DNA from: a candidate division WOR-3 bacterium
GTDB taxonomy: Bacteria > Hydrothermota > Tepidihabitantia > B3-TA06
Direction: 5' to 3'
Length of the DNA: 64,000 nt
NCBI GenBank assembly: GCA_016934635.1
Contig: JAFGSK010000071.1
Span: 1,294-65,293, forward strand
The notes below the pieces were generated by a model that searched no databases, was not told the DNA's origin, and was given only the letters and a program-made list of their open reading frames with translations. Below are positions 10,122-19,264 of the stretch, one piece after another; the first letter of the stretch is position 1; each line of letters starts with the position of its first letter. A program made the position numbers and the translations under genes.

Positions 10122-13100
10122 AGCCAGCATTCTTGTTGTAGAAGATATCTCGGTGACCGCGCTGGATATAAAAAATCGGTTGTTGGAGTACGGATATTCA
10201 GTATGTGGGGTGGTGACTTCCGGAGAGGAAGCTTTGCTGGAAACTGAAAGATTAAGGCCTGATCTGGTACTTATGGATATTATATTACAAGGTAAAATAG
10301 ACGGGGTCGAGGCAGCAGAGAAGATTAAGGAGGAATTAAATATACCTGTTGTTTATCTCACGGCGCACATGGATAATGCCACCCTGGATAGAGCAAGACT
10401 AACCGAGCCGTTTGGTTATATCGTTAAACCATTTGAGACCAGGGAGATGGTTTCTACTTTGGAACTGGCGCTTTATAGACATAAGATTGAGCGGGCATTA
10501 AAGGAATCTGAGGAGCGTTACCGAAGCCTCCATTCCAACGTCCCGGTAGGCGTATTTCGTTCCACACCTTCGGGGGAGGTTCTTTCAGCTAATCCGGCCA
10601 TGGTAAGGATGATGGGCTATGATTCGGAAGATGAATACAAAACCGTCTCGATTCCTGACTTGTATCTTTATCCGCAGCAACGTGATAGGTTTGTCAAAAG
10701 GTTGAAAGATGATGGTGCGATTACTGAGTTTGAGGTTCAGCTTAGAAGAAAGAACCAGACCGTTTTCTGGGCGTCCCTGACCGCAAAGGCTGTTTCCGAT
10801 AACGAGGGAAAGATAGTACATTACGACGGTATCCTGGAAGACATTTCCGAACGCAAACAACGTGAGTTGCGTGGACAGATCAGGACTCAGCTTCTAGACA
10901 AGCTGCGAGGGGCAGAAACAATCCAGGGGTGTTTGCAGTTAGGTTGCGAGGCGGTACGAGACGCGGGTTTGTTCAAACGTGCGGTATTTACAACAAAGAA
11001 CGAGAAGGGCGAGACAACCAACGCCGGCTATGTTGGTGTGGATCGACAGATCGTTGAGGAGTTGAGGAAAAAACCGCCTGCAACACGTGAGATGTATGCC
11101 CGGATGTTGAAAGAAGATTTCAAGATAAGCCATTCCTACTTTTTACCGGTAGAGGCGGGTTTGGATATCTCCCAGACCGGTAGGTACGTTCTTCAAGACG
11201 TCTCCTCAGGGGAAGGCCCAGATGCATGGCAGCGGGGAGACGAGTTGCTTGTTCCCATGTTTTCCATGAGTGGTTTAGTGGAAAGCTGGCTCTCTGTGGA
11301 TACGCCCGTGGATGGGAAAAGACCTGACGAAGCAACAATTAATTACCTGGAGGATATCGTAGACATCGTCGCTCGTCAGATCAGAGAGATTAAAAACATC
11401 ACTGCGTTGCGAGAATCCGAAGAACGATACCGGAGTTTAACAGAAAGAGCCAGTGCCGGGGTATATATTTTCGGGCCTCAGGACCGATTTATTTTTGCAA
11501 ATCCCGCAATGGAAAAAATTACCGGTTATTCGCGTAAAGAACTGATTCATATGAATCCTTGGGACATAGTAGTTCCAGAAGACAAAGAAGGCGTACTGAA
11601 AGATCGAAGCCAGGCAAGAGTCAAAGGGGAGGAACTTGAGAGTTCTTATCGGATGCGGGTTATACGAAAGAATGGGGAGGAGGCAACACTCGAGATAAAA
11701 GCTACCCCGATTACGTATGAAGGAAAGCCTGCTCAGCTCGGACACTGTATCGATATAACAGAGAGTATCAAGAACGAGAAAAAGATCGAACATCTCAATT
11801 CTGTTCTCAGAGCCATACGGAATGTCAACCAATTGATCAGTCACGAGAGAGTGCCGGAGAAATTACTCGAAGGGATTTGCAGCAAGCTCGTAGAGACTCG
11901 TAGCTTCTACAGCGCTTGGGTCGTTCTTGTGGATGATTCCGGCAAAGTGGCGTTCATTGCCGAAGCGGGACTCAAGGACAAATTTGCGCCGATTTTAAAG
12001 CCGCTCAAACAAGGAAGACTTACGGATTGCGGTCTCAAGGCCCTGGAATGTGATGATATAATAGTAATCGATGATCCGGCAAACCTATGTCGAGATTGCC
12101 ATATTCTATCCGGAGAGATTGAATCGGGCATGATGTATACCAGATTGAAGTATGCAGAAAAGATCTTCGGTGTATTAGCCGTATCCTTATCTTCCGAACT
12201 CAGCCGTGAAACCGAGGAACAGGAGTTGTTCTGTGAAGTAGGAGGAGATATCGCGTTTGCACTGTACAGCATCGAGGCAGATGAGAAACGCAGGCAGGCG
12301 GAAGAGGCGCTGGAAAGGGAACACCGCGCTTTCAAGATAATCGCCGAAGCTTCAGTCCAGGCAAAGGATATTGCTGATTTATGTAAAAGGGTACTTGAAG
12401 GATTAGTAAAAGCTTTAGTTTTTGACGTGGGAACCTTCAGATTGTACGATGCGGATCACAAATTACTCAAGTTGTGGGCTTCTTTTGGCTTGAGTGAAGA
12501 AGAGATAAAGGATGCATCTGGGGCTCAACCGTTGAACGATCCCCGTTACGTTGCAGCTTTAACGGCACGCACTTCAGAACCAATAATCGCTCCTGATATC
12601 TACAGGACAGAAAGACTGCAACCCTTTATATCTAGACTAGAAAAATTCGAAGAGCGCTCCCTTATTTCCTGGCCTATCCTTGACGGACGGCAAGGCTTGC
12701 TCGGTGTATTACAACTCTGGTCCAAGAAAGAAGTAGATATCTCTGAAGGTGATAGGACATTTTTTGAAAGAGTGGCCGGGATGTTTGCCACTGTTTTGGA
12801 ACGCAAACGTACAGAGGAGGAACTTGATCGTCAGCACCAAAAAATAGAAGCATTGTTTGATAATGTCGATGTGCTGCTCTGGTCTATGCGAGAAGGAGAA
12901 GATGGGGAACTCTATTACGAACAGGTCAATTCTGCTTTTGCAGCTGTTGAAGGTTACTCCCCTGATTATTATAATGAGAAGACCATCTCTGAATTACATC
13001 CTCGTGAACAATGCAATGGTATCATGAATACTTATGCCTGGGTTAAGAATGACGGGATGCACGTTAATGATGTTCATTATAAGGGTAGACACTTTGTTAT

Positions 13101-15927
13101 GCGGTTCTTTCCCTTAAAAGATTTTGACGGCAGGATACGTGGATTCATCGGTTCAGGTATCGATATAACCGACCGTAAACGTGCCGAAGAAGGTATTAAA
13201 TCCCGTCTATTCTATGAAGAGAGTGTATCACACTGCTCTCAAATATTGGTAGAGATGGTGGATTTGGGTGAAGCACTTCAGCAGGTGACAGACGAGATGC
13301 TTTCGGTAGGAAAGGCCAGTCGTGCTTTTATATTCAAAAATCTTGACGGTCCGCAGGATGTTATATTCAGTCGTCTGATTAACGAGGCCGTTGCCGATGG
13401 TGTAGAGCCTCAGATTACGGATACCAGGTTTCAACACCTTGTTTTGCAAGAGGCGTCACAGGAGCTTTTCCAGAAACTTTCTTCCGGAAGACCTTATGGA
13501 GGATCTGTTAAGGAATTACCTTCAGAGGATAGAACGGCTCTTTTTTCACCTGAAACCCGTTCTGTTTTAATACTACCGATTCTTATAGAAGATAAATTCT
13601 GGGGATTTATTGGTTTTGAGGATCAGGTGAAAGAACGCAAGTGGACCCAGGAAGATATTCAACTCTTACGTACCCTAGGATCGCTGATTGGCTCTACGAT
13701 AGAAAGAAGGCGAGCAGAGGAGGGGTTACGTGAATCAGAGGAACGCTATCGGGCGTTTACCGAGGAAGCCCTGGTCGGCGTTTATATTTATCGTGAAAGA
13801 CGATTCCTTTTCGTAAACCGGGCCATGGAAGAAATCACCGGGTACTCCCGTGAAGAACTCCTCGCTATGGATACCGGGAAGCTGGTAATTGCCGAAGATC
13901 AAGCTATGTTAACGGCCAGATCCGAGGCGAGGGAAAGAGGCGAGGAGGTTCCTTCACAGTACAGTATGAGAATTGAAAGGAAGAACGGCCAGATAGCCGT
14001 TCTTGAGGTAAGAACCCGCCAGATAGTTTTTGCCGGACAAAAGGCTTATCTGGGCAACTGCGTGGATATTACCGAGATTCGGAGGGTCCAGGAGGCGTTA
14101 GAGAAATCAGAGGAGCGTTATCGGGTACTTACAGAGGAAGCTATGGTCGGTATTTATCTGACCGTGGGCAAGAATTTCGTTTTTCTTAATCCTGCGATGG
14201 AGAAGATAACCGGCTATACTCGTAATGAATTACTCAAGATAGATATGCATTCCATAGTTGTTTCGGAAGATGTAGAGATGATAACCGAAAGAAAAAAACA
14301 GCGAAAACCCGGACAGCCGGATCAATACACAATGCGCATAAAACGAAAGACCGGAGAGATTGCTACGTTGGAAGTCAGGGTTCGTCCTATTCCTTATCAG
14401 GATAAAGCGGCTTTCCTAGGTAACTGTGTTGACATTACCGAGATAATAAATAATAGGAAACAGATAGAACAGGCGAAAAGGGCCTGGGAGAGTACGTTTG
14501 ATTCTATCTCTGATCTCGTGATGATCCTGGATACTGAATATCGCATTATCCGGGCTAATCGTGCCGTAAAGGAGTATACCGGTATCGATTTCAACGATCT
14601 TTTAGGAAGAAATTATCTGGACGTATACAATTTGAACGAAGAAGATAAAGGCATGAAAGAAATACTAGGCAGAAAAGCCAAGCTTCCCGAACACTTCGAG
14701 ATCAAAGACTCGGTACGGGGCAGGATGTTTTCGGTATCGGTTTCTCCGTTGATCGATCCAGTAGGTGAGATAATAGCCACGGTTCACGTAGCGCGTGACA
14801 TCAGCGATATGCGGATGATGGAAGAGGCCTTGGCAGAATCTGAGGCGCAATTCAGGGGTTTGGCGGAGAGTGCAATGGATATTATATTCAGCGTGGAACT
14901 CGACGGAATGATCAGCTACGTCAATCCCAGCGTTGAGGAGATCCTGGGTGTCAATCCGGCGGTATTCATAGGAAGTAACCTCGGGAGTATGAAGGACTCG
15001 AGGCTTTTTACGGCTGAGGTTCGTAAAGTACTTAGCCGAAATCTTTCCTCAAATCTTGAAGAAAAAGATATACCGTTTTTCGAGATAGAGACCGAAGACG
15101 TGAAAGGGCGCAAGCATGTCATAGAGGTGTCTGCACGTAGATTATTTCATCGTATAGTAGGTATCGCACGCGACGTTACAGAACGGAATCTTATGCAACA
15201 GCAGTTGATCAAGGCTTCCAAACTGGCCTCGATCGGAGTCCTCGCTGCTGGGATAGCTCATCAGGTCAATAATCCGCTTGCTATACTTCTCGTACACTCT
15301 ACACTTCTTCGAACTATCTTTACAGATAGGGAGGAAATACCGTTGGAAGTAAAAGAAGAGGTATCAGAATATCTCGATACGATGGAGGAGCAGGTAGAAC
15401 GAACTCGTCGGGTAGTTTCAGGTCTTTTGGAGTTTACTCAACCTGAACGATCCGAACCGAAGCCTACTGACGTTAATCCAATCGTAAATCAAGCTGCAAA
15501 GTGGCTTTCTCAACGTTACTCTCTGGAGGAGTTGACGCTTGAGCTTTTTCTGGATAAAGCCTTGCCCCGAGCATTTCTCGATAAGGTAGCGTTGGAGCAG
15601 GTAATTATGAACGTTATCGAAAATGCATACGATGCCATGGAAGGCTCAGGCAAACTCTCAATCGAGACCATGCTTGTAAATCAGAGTACGGTTAGTATCC
15701 GGATCAGCGATACCGGCCCAGGTGTTCCTTCCGAGATTCGAGATGAGATTTTTGAACCTCTTTATACAACAAAGTCCGGCAAAAAGGGAACAGGATTAGG
15801 CTTGTCTCTTGCCTCAATGCTTTTAGAGCGTTTCGGAGGACGTATTTATCTTGCAGACACCAAAAACGAAGGTGCGAGTTTTGTAATAGAAGTTCCAGTA
15901 TACCAGGATAAGGTTGATGAATCTTAA
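10114..15927 (+). CDS. Giant multi-sensor hybrid histidine kinase: N-terminal REC, multiple PAS/GAF modules, classic HisKA + HATPase_c
   Basis: REC (LVLMDIILQ, IVKPF). At least six PAS-like and three GAF-like modules. H-box IAHQVNNPLAIL (HisKA). HATPase_c with DTGPGVP and GTGLGLSL. Start overlaps the upstream stop by 8 nt (ATGTCTAA). Confidence 0.85.
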   Translation: MSKASILVVEDISVTALDIKNRLLEYGYSVCGVVTSGEEALLETERLRPDLVLMDIILQGKIDGVEAAEKIKEELNIPVVYLTAHMDNATLDRARLTEPFGYIVKPFETREMVSTLELALYRHKIERALKESEERYRSLHSNVPVGVFRSTPSGEVLSANPAMVRMMGYDSEDEYKTVSIPDLYLYPQQRDRFVKRLKDDGAITEFEVQLRRKNQTVFWASLTAKAVSDNEGKIVHYDGILEDISERKQRELRGQIRTQLLDKLRGAETIQGCLQLGCEAVRDAGLFKRAVFTTKNEKGETTNAGYVGVDRQIVEELRKKPPATREMYARMLKEDFKISHSYFLPVEAGLDISQTGRYVLQDVSSGEGPDAWQRGDELLVPMFSMSGLVESWLSVDTPVDGKRPDEATINYLEDIVDIVARQIREIKNITALRESEERYRSLTERASAGVYIFGPQDRFIFANPAMEKITGYSRKELIHMNPWDIVVPEDKEGVLKDRSQARVKGEELESSYRMRVIRKNGEEATLEIKATPITYEGKPAQLGHCIDITESIKNEKKIEHLNSVLRAIRNVNQLISHERVPEKLLEGICSKLVETRSFYSAWVVLVDDSGKVAFIAEAGLKDKFAPILKPLKQGRLTDCGLKALECDDIIVIDDPANLCRDCHILSGEIESGMMYTRLKYAEKIFGVLAVSLSSELSRETEEQELFCEVGGDIAFALYSIEADEKRRQAEEALEREHRAFKIIAEASVQAKDIADLCKRVLEGLVKALVFDVGTFRLYDADHKLLKLWASFGLSEEEIKDASGAQPLNDPRYVAALTARTSEPIIAPDIYRTERLQPFISRLEKFEERSLISWPILDGRQGLLGVLQLWSKKEVDISEGDRTFFERVAGMFATVLERKRTEEELDRQHQKIEALFDNVDVLLWSMREGEDGELYYEQVNSAFAAVEGYSPDYYNEKTISELHPREQCNGIMNTYAWVKNDGMHVNDVHYKGRHFVMRFFPLKDFDGRIRGFIGSGIDITDRKRAEEGIKSRLFYEESVSHCSQILVEMVDLGEALQQVTDEMLSVGKASRAFIFKNLDGPQDVIFSRLINEAVADGVEPQITDTRFQHLVLQEASQELFQKLSSGRPYGGSVKELPSEDRTALFSPETRSVLILPILIEDKFWGFIGFEDQVKERKWTQEDIQLLRTLGSLIGSTIERRRAEEGLRESEERYRAFTEEALVGVYIYRERRFLFVNRAMEEITGYSREELLAMDTGKLVIAEDQAMLTARSEARERGEEVPSQYSMRIERKNGQIAVLEVRTRQIVFAGQKAYLGNCVDITEIRRVQEALEKSEERYRVLTEEAMVGIYLTVGKNFVFLNPAMEKITGYTRNELLKIDMHSIVVSEDVEMITERKKQRKPGQPDQYTMRIKRKTGEIATLEVRVRPIPYQDKAAFLGNCVDITEIINNRKQIEQAKRAWESTFDSISDLVMILDTEYRIIRANRAVKEYTGIDFNDLLGRNYLDVYNLNEEDKGMKEILGRKAKLPEHFEIKDSVRGRMFSVSVSPLIDPVGEIIATVHVARDISDMRMMEEALAESEAQFRGLAESAMDIIFSVELDGMISYVNPSVEEILGVNPAVFIGSNLGSMKDSRLFTAEVRKVLSRNLSSNLEEKDIPFFEIETEDVKGRKHVIEVSARRLFHRIVGIARDVTERNLMQQQLIKASKLASIGVLAAGIAHQVNNPLAILLVHSTLLRTIFTDREEIPLEVKEEVSEYLDTMEEQVERTRRVVSGLLEFTQPERSEPKPTDVNPIVNQAAKWLSQRYSLEELTLELFLDKALPRAFLDKVALEQVIMNVIENAYDAMEGSGKLSIETMLVNQSTVSIRISDTGPGVPSEIRDEIFEPLYTTKSGKKGTGLGLSLASMLLERFGGRIYLADTKNEGASFVIEVPVYQDKVDES

Positions 15928-15988
15928 CCCCGATTTAGATGTGAAAGGTTGGATCTTATGAGAGTTATCCTTCGGGGAATAGAAAGGA

Positions 15989-16729
15989 GTGGAGATGATG
16001 GCTAAGGCACGTATTCTTTTTGTTGATGATGAGCGCACGTTCGCTGACGCTATGTCCCAGTTACTTCGTATTAACGGTTATGAAGTTCAAGCAGCCTATT
16101 CCGGAAAACTTGCCATGGAGATATTCCAACCCGGGGAGTTTGACCTGGTGATTACCGACTTAAGCATGCCTACCATGGATGGAATTGAGTTGGTCCGTCA
16201 GATTAGAAAACTTAATTCCTATCAGAGGATTATTGTTGTTACAGGGTTTCCCTCCCAGCGTTCACAAGAACAGGCTTATAAGTTGGGTACATTGAATTAT
16301 ATAGCCAAGCCCTTTAAGCCTCAGCGGTTTCTTGAATTGGTTAACGATGCCCTGCGAGGTCAGGAGGAGGGTTTGCTTGGCGCTATAAAGCTTTCTCCTT
16401 CAGATCTTGTGCAGCTTTACAGCTATATGGGAAAGACAATTGTACTTGAAATACTTAAAGGCAAGAACGGAGAGGCGGGTCGAATATACTTCAGTAAAGG
16501 CCAGGTAGTTCACGCAGAAACCGAGCAACTTAAAGGCAAGGAAGCGTTTTACGAGATTCAAACGTGGTTTTCAGGTATATTTAAGACAGAGAAACCGCAG
16601 CCAGAATTTCCTCATACGATTGATGAGGATGTGGACGTGTTGCTTCTGGAAGCGGCACGCAGGCAGGATGAACAACCTTGGCCTGTTGTTAAAAGAGAGG
16701 AGTGTGAAGATAATGAAGACTCCGGTTGA
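15989..16729 (+). CDS. Response regulator: REC domain fused to DUF4388 (PATAN-like) domain
   Basis: REC motifs (ILFVDDE, LVITDLSMP, YIAKPF). C-terminal LSPSDLVQLYSYMGKTIVLEIL...GRIYFSKGQVVHAE...GKEAFYEIQTWFSGIF matches the DUF4388 consensus. Confidence 0.7.
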   Translation: MEMMAKARILFVDDERTFADAMSQLLRINGYEVQAAYSGKLAMEIFQPGEFDLVITDLSMPTMDGIELVRQIRKLNSYQRIIVVTGFPSQRSQEQAYKLGTLNYIAKPFKPQRFLELVNDALRGQEEGLLGAIKLSPSDLVQLYSYMGKTIVLEILKGKNGEAGRIYFSKGQVVHAETEQLKGKEAFYEIQTWFSGIFKTEKPQPEFPHTIDEDVDVLLLEAARRQDEQPWPVVKREECEDNEDSG

Positions 16730-16761
16730 TTGTAACTCCGGAGCTTGAAAGGTAATCTATT

Positions 16762-17664
16762 ATGAATGAGCGGGCAAGGATCCTTTTTGTAGACGATGAG
16801 CGTAAATTTGCCGATGCAATGGCAAAGGTGCTACGATACGGGGATTTTAACGTACAGACTGCGTATTCGGGAAGCCAGGCTCTTGATTTTTATCAAAGCG
16901 AAAGCTTTGACCTGGTTATCACTGATCTCAAGATGCCGGTAATGGACGGTATTGAATTGATTCGTCGAATAAAACAGATCAATCAAGATCAGTTAATACT
17001 GGTTATCACCGCATTTCCCACCCAGTGTATGCCATGGAACAGAAGGTTCTCAGAATCAGGCGCGCCAGAGCTGGATCTGGAAACGGTCAACTATCTGGTT
17101 AAGCCTTTTACACCCAAGCGTTTGATAGAGGTTGTTGAGAAAACCTTTCGTGAAAAAGATGTGGCTTTGGGCCGGAAGGTTTCAGTTGCCGAATCTGCAG
17201 ACGAAACACTCACTTCGGAAGAAGAGATGTTTTCCCATGAACCTGTAGCAGGGAAAACCAGCCAGAAAGTGGTGAAACCGACATCCGGAAACTTTATATC
17301 CAATGCTGCATTAGAGATTCTTGAAGAGTCCTCCGGGGCCGTGGGTGCACCGGCTGTATGTGCCCTGGTTGGTTTTGACGGGGTAACCATAGCTGAGGTG
17401 AATACCAGCGGTATGGGTAAGGATGCCTATTCAGGAAAGTTCGCAGACGCCATGAAGCTCTTACGGAAAACACTTGCCGAGGTTGGAAGCGGACATCTGA
17501 ACGAGGGGACACTCAAACTGGATAAACACTGGATTCTCGTCCGGTTCCTGGATCGAGCGAATTGTTACCTTTGTATAGTTGCTCTGCTCGGTGTTCCGAT
17601 CGGAACCCTGAGAACGGTTGCCAAAAAGACGGTTGAAGGGCTGAGCTCGGTCCTGGAGATGTAA
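16762..17664 (+). CDS. Response regulator: REC domain fused to Roadblock/LC7 (MglB-like) domain
   Basis: REC is a paralog of the preceding gene (ARILFVDDERKFADAMAKVL). C-terminal ALEILEESSGAVGAPAVCALVGFDGVTIAEV...CYLCIVALLGVPIGTLRTVAKKTVEGL fits the Roadblock/LC7 fold pattern. Confidence 0.6.
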   Translation: MNERARILFVDDERKFADAMAKVLRYGDFNVQTAYSGSQALDFYQSESFDLVITDLKMPVMDGIELIRRIKQINQDQLILVITAFPTQCMPWNRRFSESGAPELDLETVNYLVKPFTPKRLIEVVEKTFREKDVALGRKVSVAESADETLTSEEEMFSHEPVAGKTSQKVVKPTSGNFISNAALEILEESSGAVGAPAVCALVGFDGVTIAEVNTSGMGKDAYSGKFADAMKLLRKTLAEVGSGHLNEGTLKLDKHWILVRFLDRANCYLCIVALLGVPIGTLRTVAKKTVEGLSSVLEM

Positions 17665-17711
17665 GCGGGTGTAGGCGACGCAGTTGCCTTCAAAGAACAC
17701 AGAGCTTCATA

Positions 17712-17745
17712 TCAAATCTCAAATATCAAATCTGATAATTCAAAT
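17712..17745. repeat. Four TCAAAT hexamers (aTCAAATcTCAAATaTCAAATctgataatTCAAATtg)
   Basis: Direct reading of the intergenic sequence. Confidence 0.6.
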
Positions 17746-17816
17746 TGATTGGGTATGAGGTATGTGGCATGACTTTCTGTAGAGGCTTACAGCGAACCGC
17801 TCACAGCTGAGAGATT

Positions 17817-17855
17817 GAAACACAGAGGGCACAGAGAACACAGAGATAACAGGGG
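17817..17855. repeat. Tandem 9-nt periodic repeat: CACAGAG x3, plus a degenerate 4th unit
   Basis: CACAGAG at 17821, 17830 and 17839, with an exact 9-nt period, followed by taacagggg. Confidence 0.7.
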
Positions 17856-17938
17856 TTTAGGCTGATTACTTTTCTGTGATTCCAGTGTTGTAAAACCCAC
17901 TTTATGCAAATTCAAATGTTAAAATACGGCGTAACTTA

Positions 17939-17966
17939 CCACAAAGAACACAAAGCACACAAAGAT
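17939..17966. repeat. Tandem 9-nt periodic repeat: CACAAAG x3
   Basis: CACAAAG at 17940, 17949 and 17958, the same 9-nt period as the upstream CACAGAG array. Confidence 0.7.
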
Positions 17967-18063
17967 TCCTTTCAAAAATGAAGAATGAGATTTTCCCTTA
18001 CCTGTATCCTTCGGTGCCGCGGTTGCTTTTGGCTTTCATGCAATGACACTATCTACTTTTATG

Positions 18064-18091
18064 TTGACTACCGTCTGGTTCTGAATAGAGT
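18064..18091 (+). promoter_or_regulatory. Sigma70-like promoter, TTGACT-16-TAGAGT, upstream of the antiporter gene
   Basis: -35 TTGACT at 18064-18069, 16-nt spacer, -10 TAGAGT at 18086-18091. ATG at 18150. Confidence 0.4.
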
Positions 18092-18149
18092 AAGATATGG
18101 ATTGTTGGCAGCTTAAATCGATCTTGATCCTCAAAATGAGCAGAACCTT

Positions 18150-19196
18150 ATGGCGTGGCTGGTAGTTCAGTTCGCGATCTGCGTCGGTGTCATCGTTGCG
18201 GCAGGTTTTTTCCTGGTAAGGTTCGGAGATGCGCTTGCCGAGAAAACTAAGCTCGGACGTTTATGGGCTGGCGCTATACTCATCGCCACTGCCACGTCTT
18301 TACCTGAGCTTTTCACCGGGATAAGTTCGGTACTCATATTCGACGTTCCGGATTTGACGGTCGGAACCCTTTTAGGCTCGTGCGCCTTTAACCTTCTCCT
18401 TCTGGTCATGCTCGATATTCTTACGGGAAAACGATCTTTCTTCGACGGCGTCAACCCTGCCTATATCGTCGAGGCAGGATTTGCACTTTCCTTCACGACG
18501 ATAATGGCCCTGGGGCTTTTCTTCTCGGCGGAGTTCAAGGATTTCCCCTGGATTTGGCCTGGCAGCATACTTCTGCCCGCAGTCTACGTTCTTGCCGTAC
18601 ACATTACCATGCGCGAGGGTCGGTATCCTCCGTACGTCCAGGATTTGACCAAAGAGGAAGCCGAGGCTATGAAGGCGCGAGCGCGCAAGGTCAAAACCGG
18701 CAGGAAAAAGGAGAAGCCTCTGACCCTATGGCAGACGATCCTTGGGTACGCGGTTTCGGCGCTTCTTGTAATCGGCGCTTCTATATGGCTTCCAGGCGTC
18801 GCAGACAAGATAGCTGGACGGGTACCCTGGCTCGGAACGACGGTGATAGGCGGGATAGTGGTAGCCTTGACCACCTCGCTACCTGAGATAATAACGACTA
18901 TTGCCGCCTTCAAGCTCGGTGCGGTGGACATGGCGTTCTCGAACGTGGTAGGCTCGAACCTTTTCAACATCCTCATACTCGGCATAGACGACATGCTTTA
19001 CTTCAAGGGGCCGATAACCTCCCACGTGTCCGGTGTGAATCTCGGTACGGCGTTGATAGTCATGGGGATGACTGCGGTGGTCATTATCGCCCTGGCAATC
19101 AGGAGGCAGCGGAAATTCCTCAGGCTGTCCCTGGCAAGCTGGGCGCTGGTACTGTCCTTTATTGCCAACATCCTGCTAGTTTCGTTTCTCGCCTAG
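18150..19196 (+). CDS. Ca2+:cation antiporter (CaCA) family membrane protein, YrbG-like sodium/calcium exchanger
   Basis: Two alpha-repeat signatures, ATSLPELFTGISS and TTSLPEIITTIAA...GSNLFNILILG. About 10 predicted TM helices. Confidence 0.75.
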   Translation: MAWLVVQFAICVGVIVAAGFFLVRFGDALAEKTKLGRLWAGAILIATATSLPELFTGISSVLIFDVPDLTVGTLLGSCAFNLLLLVMLDILTGKRSFFDGVNPAYIVEAGFALSFTTIMALGLFFSAEFKDFPWIWPGSILLPAVYVLAVHITMREGRYPPYVQDLTKEEAEAMKARARKVKTGRKKEKPLTLWQTILGYAVSALLVIGASIWLPGVADKIAGRVPWLGTTVIGGIVVALTTSLPEIITTIAAFKLGAVDMAFSNVVGSNLFNILILGIDDMLYFKGPITSHVSGVNLGTALIVMGMTAVVIIALAIRRQRKFLRLSLASWALVLSFIANILLVSFLA

Positions 19197-19264
19197 CGGA
19201 GCGATTAAACGAAGTAACAGCTGTAGATTCCCTGCGTTTTTTTACTCACAATCCTGTGGTTACT

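Noticed and set aside
17817-17966. Short tandem repeats as a CRISPR array
   Set aside because: The units are 7-9 nt with no spacers of CRISPR length, and no cas genes are nearby.
19197-19250. T7 run (ccctgcgttttttt) after the antiporter gene as an intrinsic terminator
   Set aside because: No convincing GC-rich stem could be drawn immediately upstream of the T-run, so it is left unannotated.
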